Virus record (IMG/VR): IMGVR_UViG_3300024187_000018
Span: 1-33,108 of that record
Length of the DNA stretch: 33,108 bases
Source: a virus
Lineage: Duplodnaviria > Caudoviricetes
Direction: 5' to 3' (one strand)
Shown: piece after piece, positions 8,324-17,408 of the stretch
How positions within the stretch are numbered: position 1 is the stretch's first letter
How the letters are laid out: the number at the start of each line of letters is the position of its first letter
Notes under the pieces: model-generated
The model's database searches: none
The model's input: the letters and a program-made list of their open reading frames with translations, nothing else
What the model was told of the DNA's origin: nothing
Position numbers and translations under genes: made by a program

Positions 8324-9262
8324 TCATGCGCCGAGCGATCCGAAACATCCACGCCAATCGCCATGTCCGACCGCCCAACGCGCCGTTCCCTTGATCTTCA
8401 GATCGCCCGTGTCGAAGTCGGAATCAAACTCGACATCGATGTCCTGGCGGACCCAGAAGTTCACGTCGTGCTTGTCCTTCTTGGCGAAGAGGAACCAGGA
8501 ATCCGAGTCCGACAGGTAGTGGACCTGGATGAACTGCTGCTCGCCGTAGAGGGGGTTGATCTCGTTGTTCGCGGTGTAGGGCTTGAGCTCTGACGACGTG
8601 AGCTCCTTGGCGGTGTAGTAGAGGGACGGCCCGACGACCAGCACCTCCCCGTGACGCGGATCGGGCGTTCCCGACTCGCTGAGAGTCGTCTGCATGAGCT
8701 CCTGCGCGATCTCGAGAGCGGTCACGCCGAGATCCATGTCGGTCGTTGCGCGGTTGGCGTTCGTGCCGCCGCGCTTCAAGGGATGCGCGGTCGAGAAGAG
8801 GGCTGTCGAGTCGAAGCCCGAAGCCGTGAAGCCCGTTCCGCCGGTCGTGCCGAAGCCCGAGTTGATCGGCCTGAAGTACTGAACCTCGCGGGCATACGCG
8901 CCAGCGCCGCCGAGCTCTCGCGCGATCTTCGCCATCACACCGTAGAGCTCGTCGTCCATCGCTTCCCGCGTGGCTCTCGCGCCGAGGCCGAACGTGTACG
9001 GGGTATAGCGGACGGTGCCGACTTCCTGGAGGCGGTCGTACTGGATCGGCTCGCCTTCGGGCTTCCCGATGAACGGCCCAAAGCTCGCGACTTGCAGATC
9101 GTCGAAGTAATGGCGGCCAGCCTGCCCGCCGGGATTGCTCCCGGTAATCACGTTCAGGATCTGACGGCCCTCCTGCGGCACGTCGGCGATTGCGGACAGG
9201 TAGACCTTCCGTAACCCCGGCTTGTAGAGGTCGGGGTTGTTGACCGTGAGCATTCTCGCCAT
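8324..9262 (-). CDS. Major capsid protein (HK97 fold, Mu gpT-like)
   Basis: 312 aa after scaffold/cement genes. 'KPEGEPIQYD', 'TREAMDDELY', 'ALFSTAHP', 'NNEINP', 'YLSDSDSWFL', 'DFDTGDLKIKGTARW...GDWRG.FGS.GA' are typical of this capsid family. AGGAG SD. Confidence 0.92.
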   Translation of the reverse strand: MARMLTVNNPDLYKPGLRKVYLSAIADVPQEGRQILNVITGSNPGGQAGRHYFDDLQVASFGPFIGKPEGEPIQYDRLQEVGTVRYTPYTFGLGARATREAMDDELYGVMAKIARELGGAGAYAREVQYFRPINSGFGTTGGTGFTASGFDSTALFSTAHPLKRGGTNANRATTDMDLGVTALEIAQELMQTTLSESGTPDPRHGEVLVVGPSLYYTAKELTSSELKPYTANNEINPLYGEQQFIQVHYLSDSDSWFLFAKKDKHDVNFWVRQDIDVEFDSDFDTGDLKIKGTARWAVGHGDWRGCFGSLGA

Positions 9263-9306
9263 GAAAGTTCTCCTGTCCTAGTGGACGTTGATCTCGGAGG
9301 CTCCGA

Positions 9307-9831
9307 TCAGCTGGTGCCCATCGACTGCGCGAAGTTCGGCAGGAACACGAAGAGGACGCGCCCGTTGGTATCGCCGATGTCGGTATTCTGCGCGGTTCGG
9401 AGCGTGAAGACGCGGCAGCTCGAACCCGCCTTGACGGATGCATCGAGGAAGATCCGGTTGTTCGTGGTGTCGCGCTGGATGCCCATCGTCACGCCGATGT
9501 CACTTTGAACGAGAACGTGGTCGGCGAGCGACGCGCCCTTGACGTTCGCGCTGAAGATGTTCGTGGCGTTCGCCAAGCTCACGTTGATCGACTGGTCCGG
9601 GTTCGTCGGGGAGCCGGAAGCCGAGAGGTTGTGCGCGTCCTGCTCCGCTAGGCCGAGAATGTTTCCCGGCGTATCGGAAGCGATGGCCGTCACGTAGCCG
9701 GCGACCAGGTTCACGAGCCAGCCCTTCAAGAAGGTCTGCGAGGCGGCCTCGGCGAAGGCGAGTCCGAACGGAGGCGCATTGGCCTCGGAGGCGCTCTCGA
9801 GCATGATGTCGTCGCTGACGGTCTTCGCCAT
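9307..9831 (-). CDS. Putative capsid cement/minor head protein
   Basis: Immediately upstream of the capsid gene. 'EAASQTFLKGWLV...ILGLA' beta-rich pattern; AGGAG SD. Confidence 0.7.
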   Translation of the reverse strand: MAKTVSDDIMLESASEANAPPFGLAFAEAASQTFLKGWLVNLVAGYVTAIASDTPGNILGLAEQDAHNLSASGSPTNPDQSINVSLANATNIFSANVKGASLADHVLVQSDIGVTMGIQRDTTNNRIFLDASVKAGSSCRVFTLRTAQNTDIGDTNGRVLFVFLPNFAQSMGTS

Positions 9832-9846
9832 GTGCCTATCTCCTAG

Positions 9847-10344
9847 CTATTTTTCGCCGGTATCGTCGAAAGCGGCTTCTTGGTGCGGGCCAACGGCGCG
9901 GCCGTCGCGCGCAATCTTGTTGATGCGCTCGCGTGCCGCCTCCATCTCGTGTCCGGTCTGGTCTTCGTAGCGACGGCGCTTTGCGGAGCGGCGACGCTCG
10001 TAGTTCTCTATCGGCGTCTCCATGAGAACGAGATCGCCGTGGACTTGCCCGCCGTCGATCTTCTCTCCGGTGACGAGTCTCACCTTCGCGTCTTCCGGGA
10101 CGATCTTGTAGCCAAGGCCCCGGAGCACGCCGATCCGGCCCTTGGCATCGCGATTCACCAAGCGATACGCCTTCTCCGGGTCGGGGTTCAGAAGCGCCGT
10201 GCGGCTGATCTCGAGCTCGCGGTAGTTCATTTCTTCCGCGGCTTCTTCGGGCTGCGTCTCGGCTTTCTTCGCCAAGCGCTTGCGCTCTTGGCGCATGCCC
10301 TCAGTCTTGCGGTCCCGCTCGTCGGCTACGAACTCGATCCCCAT
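9847..10344 (-). CDS. Head-module hypothetical protein
   Basis: Probable start MGIEF just after the scaffold stop. 'YRLVN...GYKIV...GDLVLME.P...YERR' pattern; lies between scaffold and cement genes. Confidence 0.65.
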   Translation of the reverse strand: MGIEFVADERDRKTEGMRQERKRLAKKAETQPEEAAEEMNYRELEISRTALLNPDPEKAYRLVNRDAKGRIGVLRGLGYKIVPEDAKVRLVTGEKIDGGQVHGDLVLMETPIENYERRRSAKRRRYEDQTGHEMEAARERINKIARDGRAVGPHQEAAFDDTGEK

Positions 10345-10349
10345 ACGCG

Positions 10350-11216
10350 CTAGATCCTGGTCTTCCCGTGGAAGCCGGTAGTGTCGGGTTTCCAATTCTT
10401 ATCGGAGAGCCTGCGGAACTCTTCCGCTGACTCGATACCAAACTGTTCGGCGATGACTTTCTCGTCGCGGGAGAGCGGCGGGACGCTGCGAGCGGTACGG
10501 CTCGAGTATCTGGACGCGGAGGCGTCTCCGGAGGGTGCGACACCTCCAGCCCCTCGCGGGGCTCGAGACTCCCCCCGCGCCGGGCCTACCTTAGCTTGGC
10601 GCTCGTCCTGGTCCAATTCATCGTCCGGCGGGGATTCCTCTTCCTCGTCGAGATCGATCCCCTTGGCGGCCAATTCTTGGCGGAACTTGGCCCTCTCTTC
10701 GCGCCGGATCTCCGCCTCTTCGTCCGTCTGGTGGTTCGACTGGACGACACGGAGAACCTGCTTGATGGTATCGGGGTGGGAAGCCTGTTGCTGGTCGGGC
10801 ATCCGTTCGAGAATCGACTTTACCTCGGCTTCGTACTTCTGAAGTTTCGGGTTTTGGGACTTCAGAATCTCGATATTGGCATCGCGAATCTGCTTGGCCC
10901 CTCTGACAGTCGTCTCGATGACCGCACCGGCAACAGACTTCTTTAGGTCTTCGAAATGGCGCTTCAGTTCCTTTCGGTCCACGAGCGCCGAATCGTCTTC
11001 TTCGGGTTCTTCCTTTTTTTCTGGCTGATCGAGAATCTTGACGCGCCCGGCCTGAACCATCTGAGCAAGCTCGTTCATGGCTTGCTTGTGCTGGGCCAAC
11101 TCCGCGCGCAGCGCCTCTTTCTCGGCGTCGGTAGCCGGGGCGGCTGCTATTGGCTCCGGCTCCTTCGGTTTCTGCGGTTCGCGGGTGGGTTGAGCCGGGT
11201 CTTTCTCGATTGCCAC
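10350..11216 (-). CDS. Capsid scaffolding protein
   Basis: Acidic, helical/coiled-coil protein with C-terminal 'LSRDEKVIAEQFGI.SAEEF' helix pair; located between portal and capsid genes. Confidence 0.8.
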   Translation of the reverse strand: MAIEKDPAQPTREPQKPKEPEPIAAAPATDAEKEALRAELAQHKQAMNELAQMVQAGRVKILDQPEKKEEPEEDDSALVDRKELKRHFEDLKKSVAGAVIETTVRGAKQIRDANIEILKSQNPKLQKYEAEVKSILERMPDQQQASHPDTIKQVLRVVQSNHQTDEEAEIRREERAKFRQELAAKGIDLDEEEESPPDDELDQDERQAKVGPARGESRAPRGAGGVAPSGDASASRYSSRTARSVPPLSRDEKVIAEQFGIESAEEFRRLSDKNWKPDTTGFHGKTRI

Positions 11217-11293
11217 GCTCTCACTACTGAAGGACAGCAGCGGCGCGTGTCAATAGATGGTGCTTAAGAAAAGAGTTAGCACTAGGCCGGAAG

Positions 11294-11545
11294 CTACTGA
11301 TCGTCGGCGGGAGAGGAGGGGTTCAGCGCTCCGCGCGCCACCTCTAGAAGCCTATCCATCTCGGCGATGGCTTCCCTCGAGAAGCGGAAAGCGCCTTGGC
11401 TGACGCGGACCTTTTCCAGGTCTGCCTCCACCGCACAGCGGTTAGCCTGGTCTATTCCCATCTCGATCAGGCGCTCGCGGAAGTGGTTCCAGAGGGCCTT
11501 GTAGTCGATCGGCCCTTCCATGCGGTTTCGCCACTCGCCGCTCAT
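11294..11545 (-). CDS. Small head-associated protein following portal
   Basis: 83 aa, helical, with a 'RVSQGA' motif; ATG overlaps the portal stop. Confidence 0.65.
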   Translation of the reverse strand: MSGEWRNRMEGPIDYKALWNHFRERLIEMGIDQANRCAVEADLEKVRVSQGAFRFSREAIAEMDRLLEVARGALNPSSPADDQ

Positions 11546-13560
11546 TGGATGGGCGGCCTGCCGTTAGCTGTTGACGGCTGCGGTTGCGGACCTTGCTGCG
11601 CCGCGCCGGGGATCATGCCCATTTGCTGTTGAGCCTGCTGGATCATCTGGCCCTGCTGGATCGAGCGCTGCGCCATCTCCTCGAAGAGATCGCCGGCCAG
11701 AACCGTGTCGAGGTCCATCGCGTTGAACGACTGGAAGATCTTCTCTAAGAGCTTGTCCTGGCCCTTGATGCAATGGATCATCGCGGCCTTCAATTCCGGC
11801 GGCACCTGCGGATTGGCCAGGGGCTGAGCCAGCTGGATCATCTGCATCATGTACTGCTGGACGGTCTGGTAGAGTTGCATGTTCGACTGCTTCTCCACCT
11901 CGCGGTTCACGGCTGCGGTCGAGACGTTCAGCTGGATATTGATGAGGCCGCGTAGGTTGGCGGGCTGTTCGATGAGCGCCCGGACCAGCTGCGCTTCGTT
12001 CTCGTCGAGAACTTGCTCGGGGCTGCCTGCCTCTTCGGCGTCGGGGAGCCCGTAGATCTGCCAGAGCTCTGTGATCTGGTGGCCCTGCTCGGATAGGGCG
12101 GCGCGGATTCCAGCGACGTTCAGGTCGAAGCGGCGGGCTCCTTCCTGCATGAGAGCCATGATCGTCGTCGCTGCCGCGCGTCCTACGGGCGAAGAGGCCT
12201 TGCCCATATCGACATCGTTCATGCCGACGAACTGGGCGGCGAGCTTCATCACGAAGTCTTCTTCCTGGATGTCGATCGGGACGTTGGTTGCCGGGTGGAA
12301 CTCCTTGATGTCGGTCGGGTCTGTCGTCTTGATGACCTTCCCCGACGCCGGTCGGATCGTGTCCGGAACGCCGCTTGCGGCTCTGGCGATGTACATGACG
12401 ATGTTGGCTAGGTGCGCTCTGTCTCGGCGCTGGTTGTGGATGGTCGAGGATTCGTCTTGCAGGGATTCCAGCTGCTCCGGAACGCCGATGCCGTCGAACT
12501 GACCCTGGACTCGGATGAAGGGGCTCGTGAAGTAGGGGCGTTTCCCGGAGGGAGACGGATTCGATACCAGCCGCAGGACTTCCCGCTGTCCCGAATGGAG
12601 AAGCATCACGTACTCTTCGGGCCAGCCGTCCTGGTCGAGGTCGCGGCGGAACCATACCCACCAGGGGCTCCAGAGTCCGAAGCGATCATCGCCGGAGGAG
12701 TCCTGCATCTCGAGGCGGTTCTTCCGCCTCTCCATCTTCACTTCGTCTTCTTCGTCGCTGCTCCCTCGGATCTCGTCCAAGTTCTGGATGAGTCCCTGGT
12801 AGGCCAAGCGCTCCAAGCGATCCCAGGAGTACCAGACGCGGTGGGCACACCAGGGGGCTAGCTGGAGATCGGGGAAGCCCGTCGGGATCAGGAAATCTTC
12901 GCGGGGAACCCAGATGGGCTTCGGGCCTTTCTTCCTGCCGGTTTCTACGGTCTTGTGCTCCTGGTCGTCGTAGCGAAACATCGGCTCGTCAACGAAGTCG
13001 TCGTAGCCGATGGCGGTACCTAGCTTCACGCAGTCGAGCGTGTAGTTATGAATTACTTCTCGCTGGTCCCACATGAATTTCCGGGACCAATCGAGATAGC
13101 GCTCGTAGGGCTTGCAGACCGGAGCCCATTTCTTGTTGAGCTCTTGCACGAGCCAGTGGGGCTCCGGGCCGAAGATGCCTTGCATCGCTCTCGCCACGAT
13201 CTGGTCCGTGAAGGAGGCGATGATCCGGACGACGACGTTGGAGGAGTGGGCGAGGGGGTAGTCCTTGACGCCACCCTTGGGCTTCGCGCGGTAGAGTTGG
13301 AGGTAGCGGACCCAATCGCGCTGCATCTCCGCCTGGTTTGCGTACTGGAGCTCTATCTCGGCGGAGAATTCTTCCGCTAGAGACTTGATCTCGGTCGAAC
13401 TCAGAAAGACGGGGATGGCGGGCTTCGGCGTTCCGGTGCCGGGCTTTAGCCTGTCGCCATCAGGCGCTTCGTTCTCGGGCGGCTGATCGCGAGCGTTAGT
13501 CGAGTCAGTCCACGCCTGATCGGCGTTTTCGATGGGATCGGATTTTCTGCGTCTAGCCAT
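11542..13560 (-). CDS. Portal protein (podovirus/P22-like)
   Basis: 672 aa directly after terL. 'VKLGTAI', 'FDGIGVPEQL..LQDE...IHNQRRD', 'AATTIMAL', Gln-rich C-terminal barrel-like tail. Confidence 0.9.
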   Translation of the reverse strand: MARRRKSDPIENADQAWTDSTNARDQPPENEAPDGDRLKPGTGTPKPAIPVFLSSTEIKSLAEEFSAEIELQYANQAEMQRDWVRYLQLYRAKPKGGVKDYPLAHSSNVVVRIIASFTDQIVARAMQGIFGPEPHWLVQELNKKWAPVCKPYERYLDWSRKFMWDQREVIHNYTLDCVKLGTAIGYDDFVDEPMFRYDDQEHKTVETGRKKGPKPIWVPREDFLIPTGFPDLQLAPWCAHRVWYSWDRLERLAYQGLIQNLDEIRGSSDEEDEVKMERRKNRLEMQDSSGDDRFGLWSPWWVWFRRDLDQDGWPEEYVMLLHSGQREVLRLVSNPSPSGKRPYFTSPFIRVQGQFDGIGVPEQLESLQDESSTIHNQRRDRAHLANIVMYIARAASGVPDTIRPASGKVIKTTDPTDIKEFHPATNVPIDIQEEDFVMKLAAQFVGMNDVDMGKASSPVGRAAATTIMALMQEGARRFDLNVAGIRAALSEQGHQITELWQIYGLPDAEEAGSPEQVLDENEAQLVRALIEQPANLRGLINIQLNVSTAAVNREVEKQSNMQLYQTVQQYMMQMIQLAQPLANPQVPPELKAAMIHCIKGQDKLLEKIFQSFNAMDLDTVLAGDLFEEMAQRSIQQGQMIQQAQQQMGMIPGAAQQGPQPQPSTANGRPPIQ

Positions 13561-15115
13561 AGCCTGTCGAACCGTAGTCTTCCGGGGGGCCGCGCGTCAA
13601 ATCTTCCCAGCCGTCGTCGGATATGTCGAAGGGGGTCACGCCCGGCGGAAACTTGCGCTTCTTCTCTTGGCCGGACGGCGGGCTCCAGATGGTCGGCAGA
13701 TAGCCTGCGGCGTCGAGTAGATCGACGGTCTTTCCGTTCGGGAAGGCTACGAGCTCGTCTACCAGATCCGTATGCGCGCGAGAGACGTAGACGCGGTGCT
13801 GGGAAGGGTAAGAGCCCCAGAAGCCGATGATGCGTTTGGTCTTGGCGTTACGGGAGAAGTTCTTGTCGAGCTTGCGGATCCGCATCTCTGGGTATTTTTC
13901 GCTGATCCAGTAGAAGAAGGCTTCGTGGCCGCCGAACGTCTCTATGGCGGCGAACATCGGGTGCCAGTGGTCGTAGGTGGACTTTGCTTCCTCTAATACC
14001 TGGTACGGCGTGGAGCGGGTGGCTTTGGCTTCCAGGATGACGATATCGAATGGGGTCGTTTCGCCGGGTGGCGTCAGCGCAGCCACCACATTCGCCGTTC
14101 GGGCGTCGTCAGACTCGGGATTGAGTCCTGCGTCAATGACTTGAAATACAGCGCAATCCGCGAGCGGGACGGCCTTTTCTCCGTCGCTCGATTCGAGCAG
14201 CAGGACGGGGTTTCCTTCGGCGTCCTGGGTCATCGTCCAATAGCGCAGGTGAGCGGGGTCGAACTTGGATGCGCCGGAGCCAACGGCAGTATTGAGATAC
14301 TGCAAGGCAAACATCTCCGGGCCTTGTTCCTGGCGGATCTGCTCGATAGCGGCTTCGGTGAATCTCGTCGGCCAGCGGGAACTACCATCGTCCTTGCGGA
14401 GATTTACGAGGTAGTGATCGATGCCTTTTACGTTCTTGAGAATCCAGTCGATGAGATCCTGGGGAGCCCAGCGGGTTCCGAAGTCGTGGATCTCGCTCTT
14501 TGAGGGATCGACCATCAGCGACCAGGCGAGCTTCCGCTGGTCTATGGCTGCCTGCATGGTCGTCGGCTCCTCGCGGGCTTTCTTTCCCACGAGGTCGTCG
14601 TTGACGATTATGTCGTAGTGGCGCGAAGTGCTGGCACCGCCCACTCCAATGGCTTCGAAGGTGGCTTCGGGCCAGTGCTTGGTGCGCTTCAATTCTAGCT
14701 GGCTGCTATTCCACTTCACCCTGAGCGGATTCGGAACGCACTCGGGAAAGAGAGCGCCGTAGATGGGCGACATGACTATCGCCTGCAATTGCCCGATCCA
14801 CTTCTCGGCGTTCTCGGCGGTTTCGTTGGTGAGTAAGATCCGGATGTTCGGGTTCTTGGTTGCGCGTCTCAGTTTGTCGCTGAGAGTCCAGGTGGTCGTC
14901 TTGAAGAAGCCACGCGGTGCCTGACCAAGTTTTAACCTGGTTGGTTTTTCAACCCACCGTGCCATCTCGACGTGGACGTCTGGGTCCATGTCGTAGAAGC
15001 CGCAGACGAACTTGCCGAAGGCGAAGGTGGACTCGAGGCTAACGCGCCTGATTTCCGCGATCAGCTCCGGCGTTAGCGTTGTAGGAGCAGGCGATGAAGC
15101 GGATAACTCAGCCAC
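13553..15115 (-). CDS. terL: Terminase large subunit
   Basis: Walker A variant APRGFFKTT, Walker B 'HYDIIVNDDL', 'GTRW..QDL', 'FALQYLN', and nuclease motifs 'VIDAG' and 'FPNGKTVDLLDA'. Confidence 0.93.
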   Translation of the reverse strand: MAELSASSPAPTTLTPELIAEIRRVSLESTFAFGKFVCGFYDMDPDVHVEMARWVEKPTRLKLGQAPRGFFKTTTWTLSDKLRRATKNPNIRILLTNETAENAEKWIGQLQAIVMSPIYGALFPECVPNPLRVKWNSSQLELKRTKHWPEATFEAIGVGGASTSRHYDIIVNDDLVGKKAREEPTTMQAAIDQRKLAWSLMVDPSKSEIHDFGTRWAPQDLIDWILKNVKGIDHYLVNLRKDDGSSRWPTRFTEAAIEQIRQEQGPEMFALQYLNTAVGSGASKFDPAHLRYWTMTQDAEGNPVLLLESSDGEKAVPLADCAVFQVIDAGLNPESDDARTANVVAALTPPGETTPFDIVILEAKATRSTPYQVLEEAKSTYDHWHPMFAAIETFGGHEAFFYWISEKYPEMRIRKLDKNFSRNAKTKRIIGFWGSYPSQHRVYVSRAHTDLVDELVAFPNGKTVDLLDAAGYLPTIWSPPSGQEKKRKFPPGVTPFDISDDGWEDLTRGPPEDYGSTGYG

Positions 15116-15151
15116 GGGTTCTAGCTAGCACACCTTCGAAAGGAGATTCGC

Positions 15152-15361
15152 ATGGAATGCCTGGTCTACCTGATAATCTGGGCCATCGTCGCGCTGATAA
15201 TCCTCTGGATCATCGAGACGGTGATTGCGCAGTTCATCGCGCTCCCCAGCCAAGTCCAGATGCTGATCCGCCTGCTCGTCGGCCTGCTCGTGCTACTCGC
15301 AGCACTCGACTGCCTGGGGCTAGTCTCGAGCGGCCCCTTCCATCTGCGGCCACTTCGCTAG
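15152..15361 (+). CDS. Small two-TM membrane protein (holin-like or immunity)
   Basis: 69 aa, two hydrophobic helices with a Pro-containing loop; AAGGAG SD; opposite strand to terS/terL. Confidence 0.75.
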   Translation: MECLVYLIIWAIVALIILWIIETVIAQFIALPSQVQMLIRLLVGLLVLLAALDCLGLVSSGPFHLRPLR

Positions 15362-15459
15362 ACCCAAAGCCAGAAGAGGCCACGGACCCCATTATCCGTA
15401 GCCCCTTCCAGCAGGGATTGAATCGTGATGAGCCTTCTCGACCTTCCTACCACCAACAA

Positions 15460-15475
15460 CGTTTCACGGGAAACA
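15460..15475. promoter_or_regulatory. parS-like centromere site
   Basis: CGTTTCACGGGAAACA is a 14/16 match to the chromosomal parS consensus TGTTTCACGTGAAACA and lies in intergenic DNA. Confidence 0.65.
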
Positions 15476-15823
15476 CTACCTTTTTCCGCAAACAGCACGA
15501 TTACGATAAAAAAAAATCCGCGCCAAAGATTCCAACCACTTACATACCTAGTTTACACATTATTGACGCAGCGCGCCTTGATGCCCTCCGCAAAATCCCC
15601 CCCTTAAGAATCTCCCCGTCCAGCCCGCGTAAAACGAAAGGCAGCCTCCGCTCCCTTCGGTCGCTCGCTTGTCGTCCTGCGCTGTAGCGTGTGTTCGCCT
15701 AGCGCAAACAGCGTTGGGTGCGTTAAGAAAATATACCGCGGATTTGTGAGCAGGGGTGCAACGCCATCGACGCCGGGTGGCTGGGGGCAGGCCGGGCCTA
15801 GAGGCTAGGCGTGTCTGGCGTAC

Positions 15824-15879
15824 AGCGAGCGTAGCGCTTGCGGTAGTCGTCTAGCGCTAGCGCATAGCGAGCGTAGCGC
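15824..15879. repeat. 14-bp direct repeat AGCGAGCGTAGCGC with a palindrome between the copies
   Basis: Copies at 15824-15837 and 15866-15879; CTAGCGCTAG palindrome at 15851-15860; just downstream of terS. Confidence 0.75.
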
Positions 15880-15903
15880 AGGCGCTCAGCGCGGTAGGCG
15901 AGC

Positions 15904-16449
15904 TCAGCGCTTGTCGGCTGGCTCTGCTTCGCTGCTGGTAGCTTGCGCTTCGATCGGCTTTGCCGTTGCACAGCGTAAGGCCTCGATAAGAGCTGTTGCT
16001 GCCTCTGCTGTCAGGTTGATCGTGACTGCTGCTGCCTGCTGCTGGTCGTTCTTGCCCCAGCGGTCCCTGAACCTACGCTCGAGTATGAACGCAGGAGCAC
16101 GCCAGTCTTCATCGCTGTGCTGCTCTACCGCACGCTGCAAGCGCTTCTCTGCCTCGCCTTCTGCGCGCGAGATGGCATCGGCGAACCTTGCGTAGGGCGT
16201 ATCGAGTCCATGCGCCTCATCAGCCTCGCCGCGGGCAATCCACTCGCGGATGGTTGCGTAGCTAACGCCGGCAGCGCGAGCGGCAGCGTTCATGTAGTGG
16301 CCGGCGGCTATATCGCGGGAGATACTAGCGGCTACGTCGTCTGAGAGTGCGGAAGGTTTGCCGCCAACGCCGCGGTTACCGTAGCGAGCTATTTCGCGAG
16401 GGAGCGGCTTATCTGGTGCTGCTTCTACGCTGAAACCTTCCATCGGCAT
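15904..16449 (-). CDS. terS: Terminase small subunit (HTH-type)
   Basis: 'GGKPSAL...AAARAAGVSYATIREW' HTH, helical core, 'DWRAPAFILERRF...WG' motif; nearest large same-strand gene upstream of terL. Confidence 0.75.
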   Translation of the reverse strand: MPMEGFSVEAAPDKPLPREIARYGNRGVGGKPSALSDDVAASISRDIAAGHYMNAAARAAGVSYATIREWIARGEADEAHGLDTPYARFADAISRAEGEAEKRLQRAVEQHSDEDWRAPAFILERRFRDRWGKNDQQQAAAVTINLTAEAATALIEALRCATAKPIEAQATSSEAEPADKR

Positions 16450-16512
16450 TTGTCTAACGTACGGTAGGAGCGGAGGAAAGCAGAAACTTGAGAGGCTGGC
16501 TCTAGTACGCTA

Positions 16513-16541
16513 TTGACAGCTTAGCGTCTTAAGCGTATTGT
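16513..16541 (+). promoter_or_regulatory. Sigma70-type promoter for the plus-strand operon
   Basis: TTGACA (16513-18), 17 bp, TATTGT (16536-41). Confidence 0.75.
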
Positions 16542-16552
16542 CGTCTCTATGA

Positions 16553-16864
16553 AGTTCAACCACCTCGAGAGAGCAAAGGAGAATTCAATGCTAGATCGTT
16601 ATCGTTTGCGTTTCGAGCGTCCGGTTATCGACCGCGTGTTTCCTTCGACCATTCCGTACGTCGAGTTTCAGGCGGCTAACAACGCCACGGCTATTCGGCG
16701 AGCGGAAGGGCTCTTGAAGCGCTACGGCTCGCAGGCTGGCAATCTCTATCGGCGCGAGATGCCTGTTGGCGTTGCGGCAGACGAGTACGAGGATTCGGAG
16801 CCTGTCCGCGTGCTGGTCAAGACGGTCAAGCGTTAGTTCAACCTCCGCGAAAGCGCAAAGGAGA
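16553..16864 (+). repeat. Duplicated 30-nt leader element (GNRA hairpin + SD)
   Basis: 16553-16582 and 16835-16864 are 26/30 identical; each ends 5 nt before an ATG. Confidence 0.85.
16588..16836 (+). CDS. Hypothetical early protein
   Basis: AAGGAG SD before ATG 16588; an in-frame leaderless ATG at 16549 is also possible. Confidence 0.7.
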   Translation: MLDRYRLRFERPVIDRVFPSTIPYVEFQAANNATAIRRAEGLLKRYGSQAGNLYRREMPVGVAADEYEDSEPVRVLVKTVKR

Positions 16865-16869
16865 GTGAC

Positions 16870-17091
16870 ATGACAGACAAGACACTTCCGACATTCAAGA
16901 ACCTGGCTGCTTCCGACCGCGTAGACCACGAACGAAAGACCGTCTACGCGAGTCCGCGGCCTGGTATTCCGCCGGTTCCTACCCACAAGTGGACCGACGA
17001 CGATTCGGCGAATTGGGATCGTTCCTGCGAGCGAGTCCGCCATCTAGCCATCGAAGTAAGAGACGCTGGCTACCGCCTTGTAACGCTATGA
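16870..17091 (+). CDS. Hypothetical early protein
   Basis: 73 aa, AAGGAG SD. Confidence 0.7.
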   Translation: MTDKTLPTFKNLAASDRVDHERKTVYASPRPGIPPVPTHKWTDDDSANWDRSCERVRHLAIEVRDAGYRLVTL

Positions 17092-17231
17092 CCTGCCTTT
17101 GCTGTTCAGAGGCCGATTGCGATTGCGTGATCGATCGGCGTGGCTATCAGCAGGGATTCTACTGCGAGACTCACCAGCGCGAGAGTGCATCCGCGTATAG
17201 CGGCTCGGCGCTCTTGCCGGAGGATTTCTAG
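17088..17231 (+). CDS. Small Cys-rich protein
   Basis: ATGA coupling; MTCLCCSEADCDC...FYCETH. Confidence 0.6.
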   Translation: MTCLCCSEADCDCVIDRRGYQQGFYCETHQRESASAYSGSALLPEDF

Positions 17232-17408
17232 ATGAAAGAGAAGCGCTTTTCGCTGGAACTTTGCATGTCTAACGGCGGTAGGACTGCTCCTCGAGTCGTC
17301 GAGGAATGGCCGAATCCGCTAACCGCTGCCGAGGTCGACGAGATTAAGGACCGTGCGCCGCTACTCGGCGGGTTCTTCTATCGCGTCCGCGAGCTTGGCG
17401 ATGAGTGA
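17232..17408 (+). CDS. Hypothetical 58-aa protein
   Basis: ATG abuts the upstream TAG, GGAGG SD; MKEKRFSLELCMSNGG...FFYRVRELGDE. Confidence 0.6.
   Translation: MKEKRFSLELCMSNGGRTAPRVVEEWPNPLTAAEVDEIKDRAPLLGGFFYRVRELGDE

Noticed and set aside
11225-11253. Promoter upstream of the scaffold gene
   Set aside because: A perfect TTGACA is present on the minus strand (11253-11248) but there is no acceptable -10 at 16-18 bp; it could be activator-dependent but is unsupported.
8424-12661. Long alternative-frame and antisense ORFs (e.g. 8424-9443, 11564-12661; also 638-1528, 20628-21659, 26730-27584)
   Set aside because: Arg/Pro/Gly-rich shadow frames expected in high-GC DNA, overlapping well-supported genes, with no motifs or SD.
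15094-15687. 197-aa plus-strand ORF between terL and terS
   Set aside because: Overlaps the better-supported membrane gene in another frame, has low-complexity composition and runs through the parS-like/regulatory tract.
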